From Octopus sinensis (lineage: Eukaryota), in NCBI RefSeq assembly GCF_006345805.1, contig NC_043021.1, forward strand, positions 10,354,001-10,418,000: a stretch of 64,000 nt of DNA. The letters are read 5' to 3'. The notes beneath the pieces were generated by a model. It did not search any database, was not told where the DNA came from, and saw only the letters and a program-made list of their open reading frames with translations. Below are positions 14,001 through 28,100 of this stretch, in pieces; position 1 is the stretch's first letter, and each line of letters opens with the position of its first letter. Position numbers and translations under genes: made by a program.

Positions 14001-15573
14001 CTCTCAATACCCTTTATACTACTCCCACTACCTTTGTTGAGGGGATCTTGCAAGTTACTCAGCGACCTCATTGATGCTGGTACCATGTAAAAAAGCATCC
14101 GGTACACTGCAAAGTGATGGGCGTTAGGAAGGGCATCCAGCTGTAAAAATCAAACCAAAGCAAACAGTAGAGCTTGGAGTAGTCTTGTCTTACCAACTGC
14201 TGTCAGACCGTCCAATCCATGCCAGCATGGCAAATAGATATTTTATATGATGATGATAGAGGCATGGTCAACTTGATTGCTGGGAGTTATAAACCTGAAG
14301 TCACGTGATTGCCTAGTCTCAGTATATATACGGAATTTATCATTAGTTAATCTATGGCTGACAAAAATGTGTTTTTTACATTTTAAAATAATAAAGCAGT
14401 CAAGGTACAAACTACTCATCATCATCATCGTTTAGCGTCCGCTTTCCATGCTGGCATAGGTTGGACGGTTCAACTAGGGTCTGGGAGGCCAGAAGGCTGC
14501 ACTAAGCCCAGTCTGATCTGGCAATGTTTCTACGGCTGGATGCCCTTCCTAATGCCAACCACTCCGTGAGTGTAGTGGGTGCTTTTTACATGCCACCGGC
14601 ACAGGTGATTAATATGAAAATCACATTGACTTTGAAATCACATTGCCTTATTGATAGCTTGGTTTAATTATGGCCCTTCCTAACACCAACTACTCCAGAA
14701 TGTAGTGGCTGTCATAGAATCCACTGTTGGTATTCTTAAACAAGGATGTTGTTGACAGTGTCTTCAAAGAGATAAAAGTTGTGTTGATGTGGACCCATGA
14801 GGTATGAGGTGAGTAGAAGCGATTTGAGACAGAACAACTGGGATTGTAGGTGAGTGGGGGTTGCAGGAGTATGTTCAAAATTTCTTCAGTAGACACTTTT
14901 CAAAATGTCAGATAAATAAAAGGTGTGGCAAGTTGGTAGAATGCTTAGTGGCATTCCTCTAAGCTCACGGTCTGAGTTCAAGTTCCACCGAGGTCAACTT
15001 TGCCTTTCATCCATCCTTTTAGGGTCAATAAAATGAAATAAGTATCACTTGAGTACTGGGGTCGTTATAATTGACTTGGCCTTGTGCCAAAATTTAAAAC
15101 CATATAGATAAAAAAGGGTCCTTATTAGCAAATCACATATGTATAACACTGCTTTGATATTAGAGTGGCTGTAGTGCTACTAGACCATTCAAATTAATTA
15201 ATTAAAAATTGATTAATTAAAAATTCATTTAGCAACACATTTTGTGGTCAGTGCTGGTGACGTGTAAAAGACACCCACTACATTCTGGAGTGGTTGGTGT
15301 TAGGAAGGGGCATCCAGCCATAGAAACCAAGTCAAAACAGACTGGATCCCAGTGCAGCCTTCCAGCTGTTGTCCCCCCAACATCGCTTGACAACTGATGC
15401 TGGTGTGTTTACATCCCCGTAACTTAGCGGTTTGGCAAAAGTGACCGATAGAATAAGTACTAGGCTTATAGAATAAGTACTAGGCCGAAAGAATAAGTCC
15501 TTGGGTAGATTTGCTCGACTAAAGGTGGTGCTCTAGTAATGCCACAATCAAATGGCTGAAACAAGTAAATGAG

Positions 15574-15608
<35 letters not shown>

Positions 15609-18600
15609 ATGTGTATGTATATAATGTGTCTATTTGGGTCTCCTTGTCTTGATTTTGTGTGATAGTTTTAAATGACAAGCAGTGTCTTTATTCCCAATCT
15701 TCCATGTAAACATGTGACCACAGGGAAATATTATGTTGCTTGGAAACAGGTGAGGGTTGGTGACAGGATGGGCATCCAGCTATAAAAGTTCTGCCTCAGT
15801 AAACTCCATCTGACCCATGCAAACATGGAAAAGTGGACATTAACCTTATGGTGCCATATTTCTGTTGAGATGCTCTGTGTTTCTTTCAATTACTTTAAAT
15901 ATAACAAAGAATTTAGTACAATAACTTAATTATCATTAAGCTAGTGTTAGGAACATAAATTGTGACTAAGGTTTGGGGGAAGACTTTAATTTGGAACTTT
16001 TGAAAACAAGACTTTTGTACTACTGTTCCAGAGGCAGTTTCAGCCAGGTTGGTATCAAAAGGGTCAAATATAACAAAGAATTTAGTAAAATAACTTGTTT
16101 ATCATTAAGCTTGTGTGAAGAACATACTGCAACTAAGGTTTGGTGGGAGATTTTAATTCAGAACTTTTGAGAACAAGATATTTGTACTACAGGGCCAGAT
16201 GCAGTTTCAGCCAGGTTGCTATCAAAAGGGTTAAATATAACAAAGAGTTTAGTAAAATAACTTATCATTACGCTAGTGTTAGGAACATAAATTGTGACTA
16301 AGGTTTGGTGGCAGATTTTAATTCAGAACTTTTGTACTACAGAGCCAGAGGCAGTTTCGGGTGGGTTGATATCAAAAGGGTTAAAATGATGATAATGACA
16401 ACCCTTGGGTATTTTGTAAGCAGGAGATACAGCTTCTGACTGGTGAACACTTTCCTTAATCATTGGGTATTTAATGATCAGTATACACACAACTCTTACT
16501 CCATGTGTATATTGTCACCAATAGACATGTAGCCTTCTTTTAGTCTTAGTCTTTTGTAAATTAATAAGTGCATAGCTTCCTTAGTTACATAGTCTGCTGT
16601 CTGTCTTAGTTTAGTTTTTAGGTCCTTGTTCAGCATCGGGGAGATATAATGGAATATAATATAGCTGCACCTGAGACAATGAGACTACATTCTTAACAAT
16701 TTCTACTACATTTGTCATCTTTGTCATTATTTTCATGTCCTCTTCTCCATGCTTGCATAGGTCAGACTGAGTTTGAGACATTTTCTAAGGCTGGGTGCCC
16801 TTCCTGTCACCAACTTTCACTTGTTTCCAAGCAAAGTAGTACTTCCCTATGTCCAGGTGTTCTCGCAGAATATCGAAAATGAATGATGCTGCTTGTTTGA
16901 CAGTACCACCCATTTGCAAGTTTGTTGGTATGTGAAGACAAGGCGATACACACATGCATACACACACATGATGGGCTTCTTTCAGTTTCTGTTTACCAAA
17001 TCCACTCACAAGACTTGGGTCAGCACTGAGCTATAGTGGAAGAAACATTGGTACACGGGGCAAGAGGCTTAGCAGTATTTCTTCCATCTTTAGATTCATC
17101 ATCTTCATTTAATGTCTGTTTTCCATGCAGGCATGGGTTGGATGGTTTGACTGGGGACTGGCAGCCAGGAGGCTGCACCAGGCTCCAATCTGATCTGACA
17201 ATATTTCTACAGCTGGATGCCCTTCCTAATGCCAACCACTCCGAGAGTGTAGTGGGTACCACCAGCATGGAAGCCAGTCAGGCAGCACTGGCATTGTCCA
17301 CATTTGGATGGTGTTTTTTTATGTGCTACCGGCACTGGAGCAGGAGGGTGGGGGTCGAACTGACCACATTCGGATGGTATTTTTTACATGCCACTGGCAT
17401 GGGCAGCCAGTCAGGCTGCATTGGCCACGACCCACACATGAATGTTGCTTATTGTGTGCCACCAGAATGGGAACCAGTCAGGCGGCACTGACATCAGCCA
17501 CAACTACAATTGCCATTTTGATTTTGCAAATTCCGTTGAGGCCCACTTTGTCTGAATAAAAGAGTGTTCAAGTTGACCAATGCCCTATGAGTGAAATAGG
17601 TAACTGGAAACTTCATGGAAGTCCATCATGTGTGTGGTGTGTGTACCATACTTTAACCTCTCGTCCCCTAGCATAAAGTAGACCCTCCGTTCCACCTCAA
17701 AGTTCAGTCTTGTGAGCTACACAGGGCAACCTCAGTAGTGCTGTTTGTGCAAGTAAAACACTTGGTACATGTTGGAAAGTGGTTGATACTAAGGAGGGCA
17801 CCCAGTCTTTGAAACCATGTTGAAGCAGACACTGGATCATGGTGCAGTCCTTGGACCCATCGGATTATGTCAAACCAGCTAATAATCCATATCAGCATGG
17901 AACATGGATGTTAAATGATGATGATGATGATGATGTTGTGCATATTTTATTATTTATCCGGTTATGCTGCATACATGAATTCTCGTGGCTCTCTGTCACC
18001 ACCCAATTCTATTTGAATTGGGGAGCTTGAGTTATGGTGAATCTTTCTTTCATTAGCTGATTACACAATCATGGAGACTGTTCCTATGGATATGTTGCAG
18101 TTACTCTCGATGAAGAGCTTGGTCGAACAAAGCCTTGAGAGGGGATTTGGTAGACAGAAACTGAAAGGCAGCGAGCTGGCAGAAACGTTAGCATGCCAGG
18201 CGAAATGCCTAGCATTATTTTGTCTGCCGTTACGTTCTGAGTTCAAATTCCGACGAGATCAACTTTGCCTTTCATCCTTTCAGGGTCGATTAAATAAGTA
18301 CCAGTTACACACACTGGGGACAATATAATCAACTTAATCCGTTTGTCTGTCCTTGTTTGTCCCTTCTGTGTTTAGCCCCTTGTGGGTAGTAAAGAAATAG
18401 GTATTTTGTCTGCCACTACATTCTGAGTTAAAATTCCGTTGAGGTCGACTTTGCCTTTCATCCTTTTGGGGTTAATAAATTAAGTACCAGTTATGCACTG
18501 TGGTTGATCTAATCGACTTAATCCCTTTGACCTTGTTTTTCCCCTCTATGTTTAGCCCCTTGTTGGCAATAAAAAAAAAAAAACTGAAAGAAGCCTATCG

Positions 18601-19311
18601 TGTGTGTGTGTGTTTGTCTCCCACTACTGCTTGATGTATTTACATCCCCGTAACTTAGCAGTTTGGCAAAAGAGACCAATAGAATAAATATCAGACTTAA
18701 AAAAATTAGTACTGGGGTTGATTCATTCGATTAAAAATTCTTGAAGGCTGTGCCCCAGCATGGCCACGGTCTAATGACTGAAACAAGTAAAAAGTGATGT
18801 ATGCTTTGTTCAATTGACAATTAGCCTTTCCCTTCTTTGGCTGTAGTTCTTCTGTAGTAGACTGTTAGATATGGCTGAAGACTTGGTCTTTTATTCAATT
18901 GTGCTATATATCTGGAAATTTGCTGGTTCTTATCAAGCTTCCTTTGCTGCTGTTGGATCTTGGTGGCTAATATGTTTCCTGTTGAAGAATGTGCAACATA
19001 TTAAGAGATATCACCATTTTTAAACCAAACATTTGAAATGGAAAAAAAAAGTACATATTCTTGGATAAATGACTGTTAGGTAGCAACATTAATGTAGTCC
19101 AAGTCGGGATAGATCTAGCAGACTTAGTGTATCTAGGACTACATTATCCAATGTGTCCACCCTTTTTAAAGACAGTAATTGAGATACAGTTAACGATACT
19201 TGCTAGGTCTCAGCTTGGGCCTACCTAACACACATTCTGAGCAGACTAGGTTATTTAACATTTAAACCTTGTGTGTGTGTGTATGTGTGTATATACATAT
19301 ATATATATATG

Positions 19312-19369
<58 letters not shown>

Positions 19370-22088
19370 GGTGGCGAGCTGGCAGAAACGTTAGGGCGCC
19401 AGGCGAAATGCATAGCGGTATTTTGTCTGTTACGTTCTGAGTTCAAATTCCGCCGAGGTAGACTTTGCCTTTCATCCTTTCGGGGTCGATAAATTAAGTA
19501 CCAGTTTCGCACTGGGGTCAATGTAATTGACTTAATCCCTTTGTCTATCCTTGTTTGTCCCCTCTATGTTTAGCTCCTTGTGGGTAGTAAAGAAATATAT
19601 ATGTACACACATGTGTTGAAGGCAAATGGCTTAGTGAGTAGGGTATTTGGCTGTCAATCATAAGGTCATCAGTTCGATTCCCATTGGAGCATTCTGTCCT
19701 TGAGCACTTTATTTTATATGTTTCTCCAGTTCACTCATCTAGCAAAAACGGGTAGTACCTGTATTTCAAAGGGCCAGCTTTGTCACATTCTGTGTCATTC
19801 TGAATCTCCCTGAGAACTACGTTAAGGATAGACGTGTCTGTAGAGTGCTCAGCCACTTGCACGTTACTTTCACGAGCAAGCTGTTCCGTTGATTGACTCA
19901 ACTGGAACCCATGTTGTCACAACCAATGCCAGTTATTTAAACCAGCCATATCTGGCCGAATATTCTACCTGATCCATGTTCAAACTGGCCAGATCTGCAC
20001 TTCAATGCCTATCCTACAACGTCATTCTAAAAATAAACAAGCATAATCTCAAAATCTGAAGCTACAAGATAATGGCATGATAAACACAAAACTGTGAATA
20101 AATAATGAATAAGCATTACAATTGACAAAGTAATCTAAATGCTAAAGGGTTAAAGAAAAGTGTACTCAATTACAGGAAATACCATTTTATATTATAAATG
20201 GTGGGTATAGATGTAACAGTGATTTATCTAGTCCAAGTCAGGATAGATTTAAGCCTTTAGCATTTAAACTGTATGTATGTGTGTGTGTGTGGAGCAGCTG
20301 GCTGTAGAAAAAATCTGACTTGGCAAATTCCATTTAACCCACAGAAACATGTAAAAGTTGACACTAAATGGTGATGATGACTGTCCCTAGTTCAATCTTT
20401 TTCCCTCATCAATCTAACACTCCCCTGTAGGAGGGTGTTGTGGGTAAGTTTTATCATAAACTGACACAACTAAGGAGGCTGTCGGTGTAATGGTAGCACA
20501 TAAAATATTTCATTAGGAGTTGGTTTGATTCCCCATTGTCTCTAAAGGCTAACCTGCTTTTCAATGGTGGTGCTTCAGTATGGCTGAAACTAGTTAGGTT
20601 TTTTTTTTCCCCTTCTTGGCACACATGCCGGTGGCGCGTGAAAAAACATTCGAGCAAGGTTGTTGCCAGTGCTGCTGGACTGGCTCCTGTGCAGGTGGCA
20701 TGTAAAAAGCACCATTTGAGCATGGCTGTTGCCAGTACCACCTGACTGGACCTTGTGTCGGTGGCACGTAAAAGCACCCACTACACTTTCAGAGTGGTTG
20801 GTGTTAGGAAGGGCATCCATCTGTAGAAACTCTGCCATATCAGATTGGAGCCTGGTGCAGCCATCTGGTTCACCAGACTTCAGTCAAATCGTCCAACCCA
20901 TGCTAGCAGGGAAAGCGGACGTTAAATGATGATGATGAGGAGGAGGAAGAGGTTAACAAGACCAGAGTACACAAAGCTACAGGTATGTTACTAGAAAAGC
21001 AGTGTAGAAAGCTAAAGGTGTAACCAAAAGAACAAAGAGTACACAGGCTGAGTAACCAGCAGAACCATTTGTACACGAACTATATGTGTATCTGAGAGTA
21101 TAGGGACTACAAGACAAGTGTAAGCATACAGGAGTGTGATGAGATATAACAGGAGTTACGTCATAATGGTTAGATAGTGGTTTATTTGCACTAGTGGTAG
21201 TCTACAGGAAGTGAGATTAGTAACAAACTATTATCGTCATTGTTCGTTAACGTCCATTTTCCATGCTGGCATGGGTTCGACGTTTTGACCAGAGCTGGCA
21301 AGCCAGAGAGCTGCACCAGGTTCTAGTCTGATTTGGTATGGTTTCTATGGCTGGATGCCCTTCCTAATGCCGACCACTTCACAATGAATGCTGGGTGTTT
21401 TAGTGTGGTACTGGTATGAGTGTATTGAAATGTCGTGTAGGTAATGGATTGGTAGTATTATTAGAACCTTAAGGCGGAAAGCTGGCAGAATCGTTAATAC
21501 GCTGGACAAATTGCTTAGTGGTATTTTGCCTGTTGCTACGTTCCGAGTTCAAGTTCTGCCGAGGTTGACTTTGTCTTTCATCCTTTCAAGGTCGATAAAT
21601 TAAGTACCGGTGAAACACTGGGGTCGATGAGATCGACTAGCCCCCTCCCCCCAAATTTCAGGCCTTGCGCCTATAGTAGAAAGGAGTGTTATTAGAGCCT
21701 TGCAGTCTTTGTTTCAGCTGTTTATAACTTTGTGAGTGGATTTGGTAGACGGAAACTGAAAGAAGCCTGTCGTATATGTGTGTGTGTGTATATATATATA
21801 TATATGTATGTTTGTGTGTCTCTGTTTGTCACCCCAACATCACTTGACAACTGATGGTGGTGTGTTTACGTCCCTGTAACTTAGCGGTTCGGCAAAAGAG
21901 ACCGATAGAATAAGTAGTAGGCTTACAAAGAATAAGTCCTGGGGTTGATTTGCTTGACTAAAGGCAGTGCTCCAGCATGGCCACAGTCAAATGACTGAAA
22001 CAAGTAAAAGAGTAAAACAGAAATCCTCTGGAGAGGACCTTTGCTGATAAACCTTAATTCTATGAGAGTACTGAGAGGTGATGTGGTA

Positions 22089-22119
<31 letters not shown>

Positions 22120-25100
22120 TCTTCCCTGGATGGGATGCTGGTCTGTTGCAGGCTTACTCCTTTTTTACCAGCTGGAGCAATGTGAAATGAAGTTCTTTGC
22201 TCATTCCAGGAATCGAAACCACAGTCTTCCACTCACGAGTCCAACACCCTAACCACTAAGCCATGCTCTTCTCCACGCCTTTAAAATGAAGTGCATGTTT
22301 ATTGGTTTAACATTTAAAAACCTACGTATATCCAGTTATAATAACGGGTTAATAGTATTGCTGTGCCTGAGCAAAATCTTACGTACGAACTGTTTTACGT
22401 CTATTTTTATTTCTGTTTCCATGGCAACTTGTGTAGGTTGATTTTCTTTTGTTTGTAGCCTTGGGCATTGTAATGCTCGAGGAACTAATCTTTATTACTT
22501 GCTAATTGCTCAGCCATAATGTAGTCCTAATAGTTGCAGTGGTGGTGTTGTCTTAGCAGATTGAGTGAGGCAAGCTACAATACTTGTCAGACCTAATTTA
22601 TTTTGTTAGTTGTCCAACGAAATAGCTGTTGAGACTTGTGAGTGTGTGTGAAATTGTTAAAGTTGTTAGACTTTTAACCCTTTCGTTACTGTATTTATTT
22701 TGAGATGCTCTGTGTTTCTTTCAATTACTTTAAATACAACAAAGAATTTAGTAAAATAACTTAGTTATCATTCAGCTAGTGTTAGGAACATAAATTGTGA
22801 CTAAGGTTTGGTGGAAGATTTTAATTCAGAACTTCTGAAAACAAGACATTTGTACTCAGAGCCAGAGCCAGTTTCAGCCAGGTTGGTATCAAAAGGATTA
22901 AATATAACAAAGAATTTAGTAAAATAAATTAGTTGTCATTAAGCTAGTGTTAGGAACATAAATTGCGACTAAGGTTTGGTGGAAGATTTTAATTCAGAAC
23001 TTCTGAAAACAAGACATTTGTACTCAGAGCTAGAGCCAGTTTCAGCCAGGCTGGTATCAAAAGGGTTAAATATAACAAAGAATTTAGTAAAATAAATTAG
23101 TTGTCATTAAGCTAGTGTTAGGAACATAAATTGCGACTAAGGTTTGGTGGAAGATTTTAATTCAAAACTTCTGAAAACAAGACATTTGTATTACAGAGTC
23201 AGAGCTGGTTTCTGATGGATTGGTAACAAAAGGGTTAAAGAATCGCTTGTGTTATTCAATCTCTTTGTGCTCCTGAGTTTAAATTCCACAGAGATAAAGT
23301 TTGATTTATATTCTTTGGTAAACAGAAACTAACCATTTGCCCGTCCTGTATAGCAGTGCTTCACAACTTTTTTTTCACTTGTGGTACACTTGTATTCTTT
23401 CCAAAATTCAGCAACACACCTGAAGTAAAAATATAACTAAAAGTATAGGGAAAAATAAAATTTTATTCAGGTTACACTGTGGCGCACCTGGCATCATCTT
23501 GTGACACACTAGTGTGTCGCAGCATACTGGTTGCGGAGCACTGCTGTATCTCTTTGTCCTAGCCTCATATATGATGCTGATTGCCAATTTTTCCAACCAC
23601 CAGGCACTTATGAAAGGAAAGCTTGATAGCACTGCATCCTTCAAAACTTCCGTGCTTCTTGAGATTCGCCAACACTACACCTGATTTTCTCCCCATACAC
23701 ACTCCCCCCCACCTGTCGATCTCAAAAGACCATGGATCTGCACCGGGGGAATTTTTGTGTCAGCTGCTGATGGTGGTGCAGTGTCTGCTGTGACCGCACA
23801 GGTCCACACGGGAGTGGCAGTCTTGCATGAAGTGACTGCATTTGAAGAAGCTCTCCACCAGCAGCACTACTGACTTCTCCTATCTTTGAGCACATTTTTC
23901 GTTGGCAAGTTGCAGTTTCTCATTTTTTTCTCACCCCATCCCCTTGCATAGTACTTGTCACACACACTCAAACACTACTACTATTCCTCTACGAAGCTGA
24001 GGTATGACCCCACAATGGAGTATTGTTCCTTCATCTGGGGCAGTGTTGCTACTATACCCGGACATCCCAGATTACACCCAAGGAAAAGCCATTTAAATGA
24101 TTGAGTCGCTTGATGTTGCTTTAAACCACACTCCAACCACAGGCCTATAGACATTCTTGCCTTTTCTTTCATTCAAACTAAAGCCTCTACTAGTGAGAAT
24201 TGGCTTGTCTACTGCCATCGTCATTCAGGCATTCCAAACTCACTTATCACTCTATACTTGTCACTCATATTTTCTCTCTCTTTCTCTCTACTCTCTATCT
24301 GGCCCTGTGTTAACAGTTGTACAGTGGAGGCGCAATGGCCCAGTGGTTAGGGCAGCAGATTCGCGGTCATAGGATCGTGGTTTCGATTCCCAGACCGGGC
24401 GTTGTGAGTGTTTATTGAGCGAAAACACGTTAATTTCACGAGCAGGCTGTTCCGTTGATTCGGATCAACTGGAACCCTCGTCGTCGTAACCGACGGAGTG
24501 CTTCCACAACTGTTGTACAGTCCTTCTTCTCTATTATGGCATCCCTCTGGAAATTCTTTTCCTGCATATGTTTGTTCTGCAGCTGTTTGTTGACTTGCAA
24601 CTGTTCACATGAAACATTTACTGCATCAGTTTCAGAGGCCATGAAAACAGCTATTTCCTCCACATTAGACCAATAATAATAATAATAATAATAATTCTCC
24701 TTTCTACAATAGGCACAAGGCCTGAAGTTTGGTGTAGAGGGATAGTTGATTACATCGACCCCAGTCCTCAACTGTTACTTATTTTATCGACCCCCAAAAG
24801 GATAAAAGGTAAAGTCGACCTCAGCGGAATTTGAACTCAGAATGTTAAAGACCTTGAAAATGCCACTAAACATTTTACCTGGGGTGCTAACGATTCTGCC
24901 AGCTTGCTGCCTTAAATAATAATAATAATAATAATTCTCCTTTCTACAATAGGCACAAGGCCTGAAGTTTGGTGTAGAGGGATAGTTGATTACATCGACC
25001 CCAGTCCTCAACTGTTACTTATTTTATCGACCCCCAAAAGGATAAAAGGTAAAGTCGACCTCAGCGGAATTTGAACTCAGAATGTTAAAGACCTTGAAAA

Positions 25101-28100
25101 TGCCACTAAACATTTTACCTGGGGTGCTAACGATTCTGCCAGCTTGCTGCCTTAAATAATAATAATAATAATGACGACAATGTTGATGGTGATCTTTTTT
25201 ACTATAGGCACAAGGTCTGGATTTTGAGAGATGGGGGTCTAATTGATTACATCAACACCAGACTGATAGTTATTTTACTGACCCTGAAAAGACGAAAGGC
25301 AAAGTTGGCCTTAGAATTTTATTAATGTGGACTAACCATTATAGTTGCAATCAGGTTTAGTGTTGTTGTCTGTTGTTTAGCATCAGATCAGCCCTGATCA
25401 AATGACCCCATTTTTAATCTCTGTCCTTGTGTTGTTTCAATTTAACTCTGACCATGCAAATAGCCCTGATCAAGCATGCACCTGTGGTTCAAAAGTCGAG
25501 GTCCTTCTGTGTTACAGTGTAGTGGTCTATGTTCTGTTTTCTCCTTTGGTCTACCCCCATCTATCAAGGTTTTCTGGTGGTTGTATCTCTGGTCCAACAG
25601 TGTTTGGAATAAATTAGGTTATTGATTCGTGTGTGAAAGTGTTTTGTTTCAGTCCATGGATTGTGGCCATGCTGGGGCACTGCCCTGAAGAGTGTAGTCA
25701 AACAGATCGACCCCAGTGCTTATTATTGTTTTGTTTTTTTTAAAGTGTGGTACTTATTCTGTAAGTCTCTTTTGCTGAACTGTTAAGTTATGGGGACTGT
25801 AAACAAACCAACACTGGTTGTCAAGCAGTGGTGGTGGGGGCAAAGATAGAAGATGTATACATCTATATAAGATAGGCTTCTTTCAGTTTCCATCTACCAA
25901 ATCCACTCACAAGGTTTTGGTTGGCCTAGTACTATAGTAGAAGATACTTGCCCAAGGTGCTGCACAGTGGGACTGAACCTGAGACTGCTTCTTACCCACA
26001 CAGCTGCGTGATGAGTTTTATTTTTGTTTAGGGTAACAGGGGTAACAGGTGACGTAGTGTACTAGAGATAGGGGTGGTAGTTTACTGGACATAGGAAGTG
26101 GCCTTGGCTGTGTCTTGTAGGTAGAGAGAGAGTAGTGGTGGTAGTTGTATTTTGGAGGCGGGTAGGAGTGGTGGTGGTAGTTGTATTTTGGAGGTGGGTA
26201 GGAGTGGTAGTGGTGTATTGGGCAGCTGATCTTTCATCTTGTTTGTCATCACACTACAGCCATGCTTGAGCACCACTTTGAAGGGTTTACTCAAACAAAT
26301 CAGACTTGTACTTATTCTGTCGGTCTCTTTTGCCAAATTGCTAAGTTACAGACACACACATACAAAAACACACACACACAAACACACACACACTTACCTC
26401 AGCACAGCATGAAACAAGATTTTAATACCACAAGGAATTGACAGAAGGTCATCATCTTGTGAAGAGCCTGTGGCTTAATTTGACTCAATACAGGGGAAAG
26501 CTCTCTTGGTTAGGACACAGGTAGGATTAATAGTGCTGCCTTCAATAGTAAACGGTGCCTTATCCCATGGTACCTATTGACTTCTATGCAGAAGTGAGCC
26601 ATTTACCAGGAAAACAGTATATTAGGCTTTAATCATTTATTAGGAACATAGTACAGTTAAATAGACTGTTATGTTCCAGGAACAGAAAATGAAGTATTAG
26701 TACTAATTTGGTTGGTCACTAGTCTACAATAACGAGAGAGCCTCTGCGTCAGGCATGAATAATCTTTTTCCAAGAAGTGGGCCACATGAATCCTGGTTTG
26801 TCGTTAGGCAGGCAGTACTATTAAAAATAAACTTTTCATATAGGCATGTCATTCAGGAAGCAGACCACAGGTTGCTTATTACTGCTCTATGTGGTGGCTC
26901 AATCTGCTAGAAATAGTAGTAAAGTCCCCCCCCCCCTTAAAAAAAAAATGAAGGCTCACATAGAATAAAGTGCAGGATATTGCTAAAAGGACAGATCGGT
27001 CATGGCTAGAATGTTTTTGATAAGGCGGCAAGCTGGCAGAAACGTAAGCACACCAGGCGAAATGCTTAGTGGTATTTTGTCTGTCGTTACGTTCTGAGTT
27101 CAAATTCTGCCGACGTCGACTTTGCCTTTCATCTTTTTGGGGTTAATAAATTAAGTACCAGTTATGCACTGGGGTTGATATAATTGACTTAATCCCTTTG
27201 TTTGTCCCCTCTATGTTTAGCCCCTTGTGGGCAATAAAGAAATAAAATAAGAATGTTTTGGGTCTAAACAGAGTGGAATGAATGGGCATAAAAGTCCTGA
27301 AAATTCCACCTCAGCATCTAACTACACAATCCAACAACCCTATGGTAAATTCTATGAAGCTATTAGATCTTTCCTAACCTAATTTCACAGGGAGCTGAAA
27401 CTGGTTTAAGCATCTCATAACTTTTAGAAATTTTTGGGTAATTTTCAGAAAGTTTTTTGAAAATTTGTGTTCTACACATGAGAATTTGTATGATTATAAG
27501 AGAAAAAAATTTTTTTTTTTAAGTTTTAATCAAAAAGTTCCACTTGTTTAAAATACAGACAGTCCAAATTTTTTGCTTAAATCCCAGCAATGGCCCATTC
27601 TTGGGTGGTGCATCATCATTCAATTAAATGTGTTTATGGGGAGAAAAATATTGAAAGACATACCTCAGAGTGACAAAGAAATGAGGAAGATATCAGTTGA
27701 TCTTGGGATGTGCTAAAAATAACTGTTAAATGACACACACACAAATCTTTTTTTTTCATAAATATAAACTCACAAAAATTTTCTGAGAATTCCAAAAAAT
27801 AAAAAAGTTATGAGGGGTTATATGGGGTACTTAAACCAGAATTATCCCCTGAAGCCAGGTCACACGGTTGAATCTACACTCATTTATTATTATTATCTAT
27901 ATTTACTACACACCAATGTGTGTGTGTGTGTTATCAGCATTTAACATCTTTTATCTTATCCTTGTTTCAGTCATTTGACTCTGGCCATGCTGGAGCACCG
28001 GCTTAAGTGGAACAAATTAACCCCAGGACTTATTCTTTGTAAGATTAGTACTTATTCTATTGGTCTCTTTTGCCAAACCACTAAGTTACAGGGATGTAAA

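Noticed and set aside
13206-14896. Faint Penelope RT-like peptide remnants on the - strand
   Set aside because: Similarity is too weak to assert by eye; a tBLASTn or HMM search against Penelope RT would be needed
18105-18132. CGATGAAGAGC...GTCGAAC hammerhead look-alike
   Set aside because: The 3' half belongs to an adjacent SINE fragment and the stems do not pair
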